Shown in pieces: positions 48,701-61,670 of a stretch of 64,000 bases of DNA; the first letter of the stretch is position 1; every line of letters starts with the position of its first letter. The translations under genes were made by a program, and so were the position numbers. This stretch comes from Amphiscolops sp. MND2022 (lineage: Eukaryota), in the NCBI GenBank assembly GCA_964187785.1, contig OZ076409.1:22260001-22324000 (forward strand), given 5' to 3'. Under the pieces are notes generated by a model, which was not told where the DNA came from, made no database searches, and saw nothing but the letters and a program-made list of their open reading frames with translations.

Positions 48701-51178
48701 CACGACCTGACTTGGTTGAATTTTTGTAAAAAATATATAGCGCCAAAAGTGCTTCACATAGCGCCAAAAGTGCTCTGAATTATCGCATATATTAACTGCT
48801 TAGGTGCCTTAGCCGTAACATGAATCTGTAGATGTTTCTTACGTGCAAAAATGCAAAAAAATACAAATACGATGCAGTTCAATTCTAACCGTCCTTCTTT
48901 GAGATCATGAATTTTAACAGTGCTATCACTGCTTGCAGAAATGAGAATCTCCCCTGCCGGATGAAAGGCCACGGAGTGAACACATGACTCATGGCTGTGG
49001 TAGCTCTGCAGAAGTCTGTTCACCCTGCAATCCCACACCTTCACACCCCCGTCCGAGAGACCTGTCGCTATACAGGTACCTGTCCCATGGAACTGTACGT
49101 CGTGCATGTGATGATCACTGTCATGGAAGGTGTGAACACATTCTTTGGACCTGAAACAGGGTGGTAGCTCAAAGTTATATTAGTGGCAAAAAAGACGTAA
49201 ATTTGAAAACCTCCTGAATTTTTGTCATCCAGTATTAATATTAGGACAGGAGTTGTTTTTTTTTCATATTCAACGTACCTTACTTACTATAGGTTTGATG
49301 AAATATGCCAAACAAGACTGCGTTCAAATACTGTTACGTAACATTTAATAACATTTAACCAAAACTGAAAAAAGTACTAAGCATTATTGATAAACATACC
49401 TGTCAGAAAGTAACCTTGTTTTACTGGTCTAATTCACCATTGCGAATAAGTTGCCTAATTAAAATACACGTGTCGAAAAAAAAGTAATTTACATTTCAAG
49501 CAGCATCGTTAAAACTATAACAAAGAGTCAGAAATGTTGAATAATTTTTTTCAAAATCACGTTCACTACAATTTTATTTTGTTCAGCCAGTGACATGGCT
49601 GTCTACTGGGCAAGCTTGGGTACAATTTGATGCAGACCTGTAATTTTCATTTTCTTCTCGTAAAGCTGTATCCACCTCCATACAATACTGTTTTTTGGCT
49701 CTTTTCCGTTCCCCTCCCCCCACCATCAATTTTTTAGGGCAAAAACAGAGAAGAACCTGTCATTTTTCGGAAGTACCTGGACTGACCTCAAATCCCAAAT
49801 TTTGGAGCACTTGTCGTCTCCGCAAGAAGCGAGTAAACCACTGTCAGGGGAGAATCGAGCTGCGTGGACCCAGTTGTTGTGTTGGTTTAGAGAAAACTGG
49901 AATTTTTGGCGATGTGAAGACCAAACTTTGATGGTTTTGTCATCCGAGGCTGTTGCCAGATACTCACCATCGTTTGAAAAGTCCACGGACCGGACGGTAG
50001 CTGTAATTAAACATCAGTTGGTTCAACTTCAAATTGACTTCAATGTTACCTTGAATTTTTGGCATTTGATAACTATGAAATTTATTTTAACCGAGATTTT
50101 TTCCATTCAAGCGTATAAAGTTGCCTCAGTTTTTTCCATTATAGTGTTCTTTGTGGTCGCATAAGGAACTTCAGGAAAGGTGATGGACAAAAATAAGTAA
50201 GTTGCTATACATGATATGCATTGATTCAACATAGGTTCAAAACGAGCATTGATTAGTTCTTGTCAGCATATGAATTTTTAAAGTATATATTGTTCCGAAG
50301 CATAAGATCGAAAGTAATCGATATTTGTTAAACACAATCCGCTTTCAATTCAAACGTTTTGGTGTTACAGTTATTTATACCACTGAAAACTCTAGTTTCT
50401 ACTGACCCGAGTGGGCTTTGAAGACATTGTTTTCTCCTTTTATGGAAGGCACCCAAAGTCGCACAGTTTTGTCACGTGATGCACTGGCCACGAGGTGCCC
50501 GGATGGAGAGAACTTCACACTAGTGATGCCATCCGTGTGACCGGAGAATCTGAAACAACCCAAAATCAATTCTTTGACGTCCATGTTTGTTTTCCCCAGA
50601 AAGTGGATTTTGAACAATTTTTCGAAAAAAACTCCACAAAGCCAGAAAACAGAAAAATTGAAATAAATTGAATTCTATTTTACAGTTTTCTGGTTTTGTT
50701 GAGTTTTTCGAATTTTCACTTTGTTATTTCATGGAAATTTGCGAAATTTGGGAATTTTTTGTTTACACCCCTGGATGTCATCTAAAACATCATTTGAAAT
50801 GGCAATATCTGGCTGAGATAAGAAAGTCAGCTTAAGATTTTTGATAATCTAATCCTTTCACCAATTTCGTTTGTGATAACAAGCCATTTCTCCCATTTAT
50901 ACGAATGTACGTTTTATAGCATTAAGTTTTAAATAGTTGAGGAACAGGATAATATTATGACAAACCATAACATGATAATTCATGACAAACCTGAACACTC
51001 TGGCTTGGGGTCCCTTGAAGTTCCAGACCATGATGGTGGCATCCATGGACGCAGAGGCCAATTGCTTACCATTGGGACTGAAGTCCACACTCGTGACCGT
51101 GTCCTTGTGCCCTTTGTAATGCTGGGCCACCGAGGGGTCGCAGCTGTCATTAACCTTGTTTCTGTCAGGGAAAACCAT
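45725..51178 (-). CDS. POC1: POC1 centriolar protein (WD40 repeats plus C-terminal POC1 coiled coil), ~482 aa
   Basis: Exons 51178-50991, 50549-50407, 50000-49787, 49150-48890, 46576-46305, 46095-45725. GT-AG, phases match, 1449 nt total. GH..WD repeats; C-terminal [23 protein letters not shown] is the POC1 motif. Confidence 0.93.
47748..48683. mobile_element. MITE in POC1 intron (CCCGGG TIR, TA flanks) containing a 32-bp x4 tandem repeat
   Basis: TA|CCCGGGTTGACCCTCTT ... AAGAGGGTCGACCCGGG|TA; CTTGCCATATTGGGCTTCTTAGTAAGATTTTT at 48449, 48481, 48513 and 48545. Confidence 0.7.
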
Positions 51179-54047
51179 GCTGCATACACTTTTTGTATGA
51201 TTCTTTCAAGTTTTGTATGATCCTTTTATGTTTTGTGATTTCTCTATACTTTTTCAATACCTTTTCAAAATTTTTTACAATTGAAACAGGTATGAATGGA
51301 ACAGTATCGGTCGAAGCAGTAGTAAGCCGGTTCAGTGATTCCAAATTATTATTGAACGTGCCAGTATGATGGTTATAAGTGAGAAATATATAAATGCCAG
51401 AATATTCATTCAATTGATTGTATACAGACAAAAATGCAGTTTTACATGCATTAAGATGAATCATGGTTGTACTATATGCACGTATATAAAGTACGCATAA
51501 TCAGAATGCACTGCCAACCATCAAAAATTTGGTACGACTTACTGCAGAAACCAAAAACAATACAACTTCTAACTTGTATACAGCGATAATAAATTTACCA
51601 TACTTTTACTTTATTGAAGCATTTAATTAGAAGTAAAAACGTTTCCAGATATTTTTGCTATCGAAGTCCGTGAATATACAATAATATAGCACCAATTTAC
51701 TATACGTCAGAGCATGGAACCGCAATTCTTGATTGATTTTACCAAATGAAATGAAAAAGGCCTCGCAATTCGGTACTCAAAAATAAAAGAAACTAGTGAT
51801 CTGAAACTGGCTGTTATGCGATATGGTACGGAAACGATATGCCAATTCGTACCGAATTTCGTTTCGAAAACATTATTATTTCCTTTCCATATTTCATATG
51901 GAAAAGGCAAATACTTAAATCAAACGTTTTTCTCAAAATTTTCCATGCTCCAAGTTTATACCCGAGTTAAAGGAATTCACCCATAAAACTAAACTGACGT
52001 AAAATAATAATCAGCGATTTGTATTTGTACAGGCTTTTGGACTTCTTTGGTTGACACCAAAGACCCCAAATGACCCCAATTTCACCTCAAAAAGCACAAA
52101 AATTGCAACACTTTCCGATTTTAATGCAATTTGGTCAAGTTTTCTGATGGACTTGCTGGCTTAGTTGTTAAAAACGTCCAACAAGGAAAGCATTCGTTGT
52201 CCAATAGGCTCCAAAAGGCTGAAGATATAAATGCAATTTGTTTTGAGAAACTGGCTCAAATTCAGACTTGAATTGACAAAAAATCCAGAGCGTTCAGTTT
52301 CTTAAACGTTTTTGTGCAGTTTTTGTCTAATTTTCGAAAGACTTGGTAGTTAGAATGTTGAAAACGTTCCACAATGAAAGAACTCGTTGTCCGGGAGGTT
52401 TTTGTAAAGAAATAAACGCAGTTTTGTATTGAAAAAGGCTCAAATTGCGACCAAAAGTAACAAATTTTCCACCAAAAGTTATGGATTTTTCACGTTTTAT
52501 GCAACCTTTGTCAAATTTGCAAGAGATGTCGTGGATCAGAACGTTGATACATTGAACAACAAAAAAATTCGTGGTCAAATAGAGTGTTTCGGGGAGAGAC
52601 ATGCAAAGTTTGGGTAATTTTCGGAAAAGTTCGAGGAATAGAATGACTGAATGGTTCAACAACGATTGCAGACGTTACCTAGTTGTGGCTTTTGTGGAAA
52701 GTATCTGCTGATTTCGGATTGGAAAAGGTCTCGAAAATTTCGAAATTCTTCAAGTTTTCCAATTTTTGACAGTTTTAGTGATTTTTTTGATAAACTTTGT
52801 CTAAGTTAGACAATCCCAAAGCTCCAGATGGTTAATCAAGCAATGCTGTACGTCTTTCGAAAGAAACGTTTGTCGTTTTCTAGGCAGAATGTTTTTTTTT
52901 CAGAATGACTCAAAGGAAATGAACATCCAAAACTTTACCGAAAATCGAGTTTTGTTGGGAGCTACTTAAATTAGGTTCGTTAGAAGAATGAAAACATTCA
53001 ACAGCAAAGAAATGCGTTTTTCATAGGCTTTATGAAGATCTATTGCAGTTTCACGTTAGAGAAGAGCCTCAAAATGATATCGAAACAGTAGAAAAAACGT
53101 TTTGGCACTTTTTTGACAGCTCAGTGAAGCTCTATACTTTTTAGTTAAGCATGCAGAATGGCTAAAAAATAGAATTTCGTCTGTAAAAAGTTCATCTGAA
53201 CGACATAAAATGATTGAAAAATAATCGAAACAAATTTTTCTTGTTATTGAACTTCTTATAAACTTTTTGTTTAAATATTTCTAGCCATTTCGTAATTCAT
53301 CAACGACTGAACCCGGTATCCAATGGGCGTGTTTGAAAATATATCTGCAGTTTTTGTCTAGAAAAGTGCCTCAAATGACCGCAAAGTTGTCGAAAAATCA
53401 AAATTTTCTAAATCACGAATACGACCTACATGTGTTTTTCATGCATTTTTTCTACATTCTTCCATATCAAACGGCCTTGCTTGTTTTCAGGTGACACGGT
53501 GAGCTCCGAAATTTTGAAATTTCAACTTACTAGATTTTTTCCGAATTTATGCATGGAAACGTATGGAAAGCGAAATGTCTTGATTCAATGCATGGAATCG
53601 TATGGAAATCACCAGATCATATGGTTCCATGCATGGAATTGCATGGAAACCTTATGAATCAGGATTAGTGTATCCGGCCCCTGTTCAGTTGCATTGATGA
53701 ATAGTTACTCACTTACAGACTAGTGGTTTTTTCCATAATGTCTTTCCACAAAAAAAACGGTTTTGAAAACAGCTCGTTTTTCATTTGACGACTAAAGGTT
53801 TCTTCTTGAAGTGACAGTTCTTCTTGATTGCTACATCCGGGCTCACCACTGAAACCAGGTTAGGCTAAATCCGAAATAGCACATGCACGCAATCCATTCC
53901 CGCTTCCAGGTTATTTACTCATACCAAAGGAATTACTTATGCCAATGGATCGAATTCATCTTGAAAAAGATCAAACGAACGTCTGCAAATGTCGACTATA
54001 CGTTCGTTATATACGCTGAGAGCTACGGAAATGCTCTGACAGTATGA

Positions 54048-54258
54048 TTCCAGGCTGATCATACTCTGGACCATGAAGGTTTATGGTTCCAGACTGGCCA
54101 TACTCTGGACATATATGGTCCAGTCTATGATACGCCATGTTCCATAAAAAAGCAAAGTTTATGGTTCCAGCCTGACCATATTCTGGGTCATATATCGTTC
54201 AGTCTATGATCAGCCTAGAACCATAAACCTTTATGGCCCAGAGTATGATCAGCCTGGA
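54048..54258. repeat. Small palindromic MITE-like element
   Basis: TCCAGGCTGATCATACTCTGG...ATGGTTC inverted at GAACCAT...CCAGAGTATGATCAGCCTGGA. Confidence 0.6.
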
Positions 54259-54675
54259 GCAATAAAAAGAAAATTAGGATAATATAGTCGGATAATTAGG
54301 ATAATTAACGCATACACTGATGAAATCACAAAACATTCCTCAACCAAAGGTGCAATACAATCACCAAATTGAAAACAAGGCAGCAAATTATCAATATTTG
54401 GCAGCTTTTGCTAAATTTTTGGTATTTTTTCGAAATAATCGAAAATCACACTTGTCACGTCAACCCGCGTTTGGAACAAAAATTAGAAGAAGAATACAGC
54501 CGCAAATAAACCAGGTACTTAGAACATTTTTAACCCAAATTTTAATTCAATTAAAATTTAACACAAGTACTTTTACAAATACTTTTAAGAATCACTGAAA
54601 AGGAAACGAATATTCATTCCTATACGCACACGCGTGGCTGCTTTTAATTTAATTTGCGCACGCGCTGGCGGCCGT

Positions 54676-54820
54676 GCGCGGTTTTTCCCGCGCATCCGCA
54701 CAAGCTACACGAGCGCGGATTTATCCGCGCAGGCTATACGAGCGCGGATTTTTCCGCGCCGTTCCCATATGCAGCATTTTTTAAACTTTCGTGCGCTCTC
54801 ACGGCCAATAGAATTGGCTC
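54676..54820 (+). promoter_or_regulatory. GC-rich palindrome cluster plus CCAAT boxes upstream of the SPRY-SOCS gene
   Basis: GCGCGG(N)CCGCGC palindromes at 54676-93, 54713-30 and 54742-59; TTTCCCGC (E2F-like); GGCCAATAGAATTGGC. Confidence 0.45.
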
Positions 54821-55031
54821 ACACACTCATCTGTTGTAATTTTCAATTGCACAACTATTCATCATCAACTCTGTATCAACAACAGCAGCTCTTTCTTCAA
54901 CGCTAACACTTCTACTCAATCTTCTACGACTATACAAAATCCCGCAGCAAATGTTAGTATTTTTCTAACTGAATTTCCATTCCCAATCAACAAAAATAGC
55001 AAGCTTCTTTAGTTTTTTTTTCTGTTATAGC

Positions 55032-58000
55032 ATGTCTCAAAACAACAACACCACCACCAGCATCGCCGCCGCCGCCACCACCACCACCAGCATCGCCGCC
55101 ACCACCACCCAGAACTATCCAGAAATGGAAATGTGGGTTATTTATTAGTTCGTTTGCTTACTGGATTGAAAACAAATTCTTATTAAATTTTCACGAGCTT
55201 GCAAATCAAACTGTTTTATTCTAGAATCATCAACGCCAACTCGCAGTCGCCTCTGCTTACCACCCCGATCTTTGTTTTGCCGCCGCCCTACGAAGAAGAA
55301 GAAGCAATTAATTCATCGGAGATCTCCCAGGACTCAATGTCCGAGGTATGTTGAAGCAATGTTCAAATTTTTGACAAAATTTTTTGTTTGCGCTCTTTAG
55401 CAATTGAGAACCTTAACGAAAGTCAAGTTGCACAATCATTGAAAAAAAGGCAACAAAAATAGTTTCCTATTGTAACAACGAATGTACACTAAACCTTCAG
55501 TTCGAAAAAATTTTGTGTGGAAAACATTGCTTTTGTGGTGTTTGCGCATTGCCATTGTACAATACAAGTGCATACACGCACGTAGGACTTGTGTAACGAC
55601 CCCGTGGGTGACCGGACAAAATCCGCGTCGCGCGGATTTTTATTTTTTGCTTTTGCCAAGCTCCCCGTGCATTGTGGGAATGTTGTTTTTGTGTTGTTTG
55701 CGCATTGCCAATGTACAATACAAGTGCATACACGCACGTAGGACTTGTGTAACGACCCCGTGGGTGGCCGGACAAAATCCGCGTCGCGCGGATTTTTATT
55801 TTTTGCTTTTGCCAAGCTCCCCGTGCAATGTGGGAATGTTGTTTTTGTGTTGTTTGCGCATTGCCAATGTACAATACAAGTGCATACACGCACGTAGGAC
55901 TTGTGTAACGACCCCGTGGGTGGCCGGACAAAATCCGCGTCGCGCGGATTTTTATTTTTTGCTTTTGCCAAACTCCCCGTGCATTGTGGGAATGTTGTTT
56001 TTGTGTTGTTTGCGCATTGCCAATGTACAATACAAGTGCATACACGCACGTAGGACTTGTGTAACGACCCCGTGGGTGGCTGGACAAAATCCGCGTCGCG
56101 CGGATTTTTATTTTTTGCTTTTGCCAAACTCCCCGTGCATTGTGGGAATGTTGTTTTTGTGTTGTTTGCGCATTGCCAATGTACAATACAAGTGCATACA
56201 CGTACGTAGGACTTGTGTAACGACCCCGTGGGTGGCCGGACAAAATCCGCGTCGCGCGGATTTTTATTTTTTGCTTTTGTCAAGCTCCCCGTGCATTGTG
56301 GGAATGTTGTTTTTGTGTTGTTTGCGCATTGCCAATGTACAATACAAGTGCATACACGCACGTAGGACTTGTGTAACGACCCCGTGGGTGGCCGGACAAA
56401 ATCCGCGTCGCGCGGATTTTTATTTTTTGCTTTTGCCAAGCTCCCCGTGCAATGTGGGAATGTTGTTTTTGTGTTGTTTGCGCATTGCCAATGTACAATA
56501 CAAGTGCATACACGCACGTAGGACTTGTGTAACGACCCCGTGGGTGGCCGGACAAAATCCGCGTCGCGCGGATTTTTATTTTTTGCTTTTGCCAAACTCC
56601 CCGTGCATTGTGGGAATGTTGTTTTTGTGTTGTTTGCGCATTGCCAATGTACAATACAAGTGCATACACGCACGTAGGACTTGTGTAACGACCCCGTGGG
56701 TGGTTGGACAAAATCCGCGTCGCGCGGATTTTTATTTTTTGCTTTTGCCAAACTCCCCGTGCATTGTGGGAATGTTGTTTTTGTGTTGTTTGCGCAATGC
56801 CAATGTACAATACAAGTGCATACACGTACGTAGGACTTGTGTAACGACCCCGTGGGTGGCCGGACAAAATCCGCGTCGCGCGGATTTTTATTTTTTGCTT
56901 TTGTCAAGCTCCCCGTGCATTGTGGGAATGTTGTTTTTGTGTTGTTTGCGCATTGCCAGTGTACAATACAAGTGCATACACGCACGTAGGACTTGTGTAA
57001 CGACCCCGTGGGTGGCCGGACAAAATCCGCGTCGCGCGGATTTTTATTTTTTGCTTTTGTCAAGCTCCCCGTGCATTGTGGGAATGTTGTTTTTGTGTTG
57101 TTTGCGCATTGCCAGTGTACAATACAAGTGCATACACGCACGTAGGACTTGTGTAACGACCCCGTGGGTGGCCGGACAAAATCCGCGTCGCGCGGATTTT
57201 TATTTTTTGCTTTTGCCAAACTCCCCGTGCATTGTGGGAATGTTGTTTTTGTGTTGTTTGCGCATTGCCAATGTACAATACAAGTGCATACACGTACGTA
57301 GGACTTGTGTAACGACCCCGTGGGTGGCCGGACAAAATCCGCTTCGCGCGGATTTTTATTTTTTGCTTTTGCCAAACTCCCCGTGCATTGTGGGAATGTT
57401 GTTTTTGTGTTGTTTACGCATTGCCAATGTACAATACAAGTGCATACACGCACGTAGGACTTGTGTAACGACCCCGTGGGTGGCCGGACAAAATCCGCGT
57501 CGCGCGGATTTTTATTTTTTGCTTTTGTCAAGCTCCCCGTGCATTGTGGGAATGTTGTTTTTGTGTTGTTTGCGCATTGCCAATGTACAATACAAGTGCA
57601 TACACGCACGTAGGACTTGTGTAACGACCCCGTGGGTGGCCGGACAAAATCCGCGTCGCGCGGATTTTTATTTTTTGCTTTTGTCAAGCTCCCCGTGCAA
57701 TGTGGGAGTGTTGTTTTTGTGTTGTTTGCGCATTGCCAATGTACAATACAAGTGCATACACGCACGTAGGACTTGTGTAACGACCCCGTGGGTGGCCGGA
57801 CAAAATCCGCGTCGCGCGGATTTTTATTTTTTGCTTTTGTCAAGCTCCCCGTGCATTGTGGGAATGTTGTTTTTGTGTTGTTTGCGCATTGCCAATGTAC
57901 AATACAAGTGCATACACGCACGTAGGACTTGTGTAACGACCCCGTGGGTGGCCGGACAAAATCCGCGTCGCTTGGATTTTTATTTTTGCTTTTGTCAAGC

Positions 58001-60528
58001 TCCCCGTGCATTGTGGGAATGATGTTTTTGTGTTGTTTGCGCATTGCCAATGTACAATACAAGTGCATACACGCACGTAGGACTTGTGTAACGACCCCAT
58101 GGGTGGCCGGACAAAATCCGCGTCGCGCGGATTTTTATTTTTTGCTTTTGTCAAGCTCCCCGTGCATTGTGGGAGTGTTGTTTTTGTGTTGTTTGCGCAT
58201 TGCCAATGTACAATACAAGTGCATACACGCACGTAGGACTTGTGTAACGACCCCGTGGGTGGCCGGACAAAATCCGCGTCGCGCGGATTTTTATTTTTTG
58301 CTTTTGTCAAGCTCCCCGTGCATTGTGGGAATGTTGTTTTTGTGTTGTTTGCGCATTGCCAATGTACAATACAAGTGCATACACGCACGTAGGACTTGTG
58401 TAAAGACCCCGTTGGTGGCCGGACAAAATCCGCGTCGCGCGGATTTTTATTTTTTGCTTTTGTCAAGCTCCCCGTGCAATGTGGGAGTGTTGTTTTTGTG
58501 TTGTTTGCGCATTGCCAATGTACAATACAAGTGCATACACGCACGTAGGACTTGTGTAACGACCCCGTGGGTGGCCGGACAAAATCCGCGTCGCGCGGAT
58601 TTTTATTTTTTGTTTTGTCAAGCTCCCCGTGCATTGTGGGAATGTTGTTTTTGTGTTGTTTGCGCATTGCCAATGTACAATACAAGTGCATACACGCACG
58701 TAGGACTTGTGTAACGACCCCGTGGGTGGCCGGACAAAATCCGCGTCGCGCGGATTTTTATTTTTTGCTTTTGTCAAGCTCCCCGTGCATTGTGGGAATG
58801 TTGTTTTTGTGTTGTTTGCGCATTGCCAATGTACAATACAAGTGCATACACGCACGTAGGACTTGTGTAACGACCCCGTGGGTGGCCGGACAAAATCCGC
58901 GTCGCGCGGATTTTTATTTTTTGCTTTTGCCAAGCTCCCCGTGCATTGTGGGAATGTTGTTTTTGTGTTGTTTGCGCATTGCCAATGTACAATACAAGTG
59001 CATACACGCACGTAGGACTTGTGTAACGACCCCGTGGGTGGCCGGACAAAATCCGCGTCGCGCGGATTTTTTTTTTGCTTTTGCCAAGCTCCCCGTGCAA
59101 CCAAATGTTTAAACACAAAAAGGACTTGTTGGTGTCGCGGTCATGGTGATTTGCTAGACATTGTCGCCTGCCTCTTGGGAAGGCAGTGTGATGCTGAAAA
59201 CATCAACAATCACAGTGATATCTATTCCAGAAGGTTGAGCCTCGACCCCCACAGAGGTTCAAACCTTCATCACTGAGAACTCTGCCGACAATGTCCGGCC
59301 CCGATCAGTATCCGCTGGACTAACAGGACCTTTATTTGACATGAAAATAGTTTCAGCAATAAAGATCCAGAGACTATGATTGTAGATTTTATAGAACGAC
59401 GTTGTTTTTGTGTTTGTTCAGGAGATGAAGTTCCGAAAGCAGCGGGACGCTTTTCAAGTTCTTTACGACTATTTTCGAAGAGGTCGCCAGTCAAGTTTCC
59501 ACGTTGTGGTCCTCACGCCGTACGTTGAGCAAATCACGAATAATTTCCTTGGTTACAGCGCTACTGTAAAAGACTACAGCAAAGTTCTTTTTCCCTGTCA
59601 ATCGATTGACGAGGACGTCAATCACGTTTACCGAAGTTTCCTCAGTTCAAACACGGACGTGAAGCCAATAAAATGGAAAAAATACGAGGTGATGGATTAC
59701 CACTACAAGCGATCCTTCGACAATCTAGTCCTCGGTATTGATTACGATGAAATTGAAAAAGATTTCCCCGCTGGCGATTCGGATTCGGACGATGATTGGA
59801 GTGACGATGGGATCTTCAATCATGATGTAGCAGTTCCTGATATAACTTTCAACAACCTCAACGACAATCAAGCCGTCAGGGTCTTCAAGGTCCTTGCAAA
59901 GATCAATGATTTCCCATCTTTGCTGGTCGGAGAAACACGCTTCATTATTGGTCTGAGCAGCCTGCCGGTAAAATCCGTCAACGATGGGTTCCCTATTAAA
60001 TTTTACTGGGATGTTGGAGAAATGCAGTTGGTTGAAAATGACACTCTTATTTTCTTGCCAGACGACTGCCTCGAGAAACTGGAGACCATTTGGCTCAATA
60101 GCAATAACGAAGAGAATATCTTCGAATTTCTTCTCATTGTCGATTTTGAGCAGGGTGTGCTGCGATTTGACCTCAACGACCAATTACTTTTGCAGACAAT
60201 CTGTTTCCAAAGTGACCTCGCTTATGAGATTAGAATTTACTTCATCAAAACCACGGAATCATTGATGATATTAGAGGTTTTTAATCAGCCAAAAGCCTTG
60301 TCAAGTATTGTGCCAGAGTGTCTGTTGAATATGTATCAAGAGCAGGCCGACGATTTGTTTAGCTGTCAATGGCCCAACGAATTTGTTGAACATCTGGTGA
60401 AAAAATTCTATTTTCAGAATTGTTCAAAAGGTTCAACGGTCACTGATGAACATCATCCCCAGATGGTTTCCCGGAAGTCTCTCTTGGAAGCCCATAGAAT
60501 TACCAGAATGCAATCGCAAGCTCTGTAA
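55032..60528 (+). CDS. Spliced gene, ~442 aa, divergent SPRY plus SOCS-box (SPSB/Gustavus-like) protein
   Basis: Exons 55032-55132, 55225-55345, 59422-60528 (GT-AG, phases 2 and 0, 1329 nt); AATAAA at 60662. Motifs GETRFIIGLS, FYWDVG, LLIVDFEQGVLRF, QPKALSSIV..CL, WPNEFVEHL. Confidence 0.6.
55525..59101. repeat. Tandem array, 156-bp unit x~23, each with a 10-bp-stem palindrome
   Basis: AAAATCCGCG-TCG-CGCGGATTTT recurs every 156 bp (155 in two units) from ~55618 to ~59070; near-identical units, no spacers. Confidence 0.95.
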
Positions 60529-60950
60529 TTTGTAATTAAACGTTGCGCTGGATAGCAGTTCTTTCTTGTTGTAACATGTTTTTTGAAGCGTTGAATTGTC
60601 TTAAAACTGCTTAAAATTCAATGTATTTTTTTCAAGGAGTGAGAAAGAATCAGTCTTCATCAATAAAATGTTTGTAATCGGTACTGTTTTTTTGGATTTT
60701 GCCACCTATACAGTCTAGACGTTTTTTGGCAGAAGACATAAAACAGTTGGAGTCTTGAAATTGATTCTCCCATCCTGTCCGAAACGCAGCAAACTATATA
60801 TGTATTCGTTGCGCCTCAAAACTTTTTCTCCCTTCAAATCACAGTTCAGTTTTTTTTAAAGTCGCTGATTACATGTTTTACTACATTTTTGAGAGTTCAG
60901 ATACACAGTACTCTTTCCGTTTCAGAGTCTCATTGTTTTGACGAAAAAAG

Positions 60951-61670
60951 ATGAATTGGCTGAACAGTGTTGTACGTAAGCGCTCCCAGAAGAAGACTCT
61001 GGGTATTGTTGGAAACGATGCAAAATCTGTTGTGTCCTCCTGGCGAATGTCACCGGAGCAAGACGAGTCCAGCCACGACAAATGGTGGGACATTGCCAAG
61101 TCGCATAATCGCTGGGTTAGAATCGGAGTGAAGTGCTACCCAAACAACCTCTCTTCGGAGATGTCAACCGCGACTTACATCGGGCTGCGACTATTCAAAC
61201 CCGATTTTCAAAGCGGCCAGTGGCAGCGGCAGGGTCACTTTTCGTTCACTGTTGAAGAGCTGACTGCGTTTGTTGCTTTGCTTGGTCTAGGTGACAAGGC
61301 GGCATTGGAATCATCAGGGGTGAAATCTGCGACGACGCAGGAGTTCAACAGAGCGATGGAGGAAGCTCTGACGGGTGGGTTCCGAGAACCTACGTCAATC
61401 TCAACTTTTGGAAAGAAGCCTACTGGCAAGAAAGGTTTTTCCAAGGTCAATGGCGCGAAAGTCGGGTCAAGCACAACCACATCGAAGAAGCGGGTCCAAA
61501 ATGTCACGGGCGACTGTTTGACCAATGGCGACAATGAGAACATAACAATCGAGGCCGACGTTGAAAACCAAAAATTGTTTGAGAAACGAGATTTTGTTAT
61601 GTTCAACGGTGAGACTGGTACGAACATAGCCACCACTGAGGATGATGATGATGAAGTTTTCATGAACTAA
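60951..61670 (+). CDS. PC4-like putative ssDNA-binding protein with acidic tail, 239 aa
   Basis: WDIAKSHNRWVRIGVKCY...TYIGLRLFKPD...QGHFSFTVEELTAF resembles the PC4 fold pattern; basic linker; DDDDEVF tail. Confidence 0.55.
   Translation: MNWLNSVVRKRSQKKTLGIVGNDAKSVVSSWRMSPEQDESSHDKWWDIAKSHNRWVRIGVKCYPNNLSSEMSTATYIGLRLFKPDFQSGQWQRQGHFSFTVEELTAFVALLGLGDKAALESSGVKSATTQEFNRAMEEALTGGFREPTSISTFGKKPTGKKGFSKVNGAKVGSSTTTSKKRVQNVTGDCLTNGDNENITIEADVENQKLFEKRDFVMFNGETGTNIATTEDDDDEVFMN

Noticed and set aside
53700..54620. Left TIR/TSD of the Polinton-like element
   Set aside because: No clear (AG)n or AGTAGT terminus, and the partner end is outside the window; the boundary is left approximate.
55525..59101. 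CRISPR-like array (also considered for 20788-21555 and 23094-25540)
   Set aside because: Whole units are repeated with no unique spacers, no cas genes are present, and the context is eukaryotic.
55482..59118. Long ORFs (846 and 859 aa) on both strands of the 156-bp array
   Set aside because: The unit length is a multiple of 3, so any stop-free frame stays open. 1-bp indels break the frames, and the array sits inside a phase-consistent intron.
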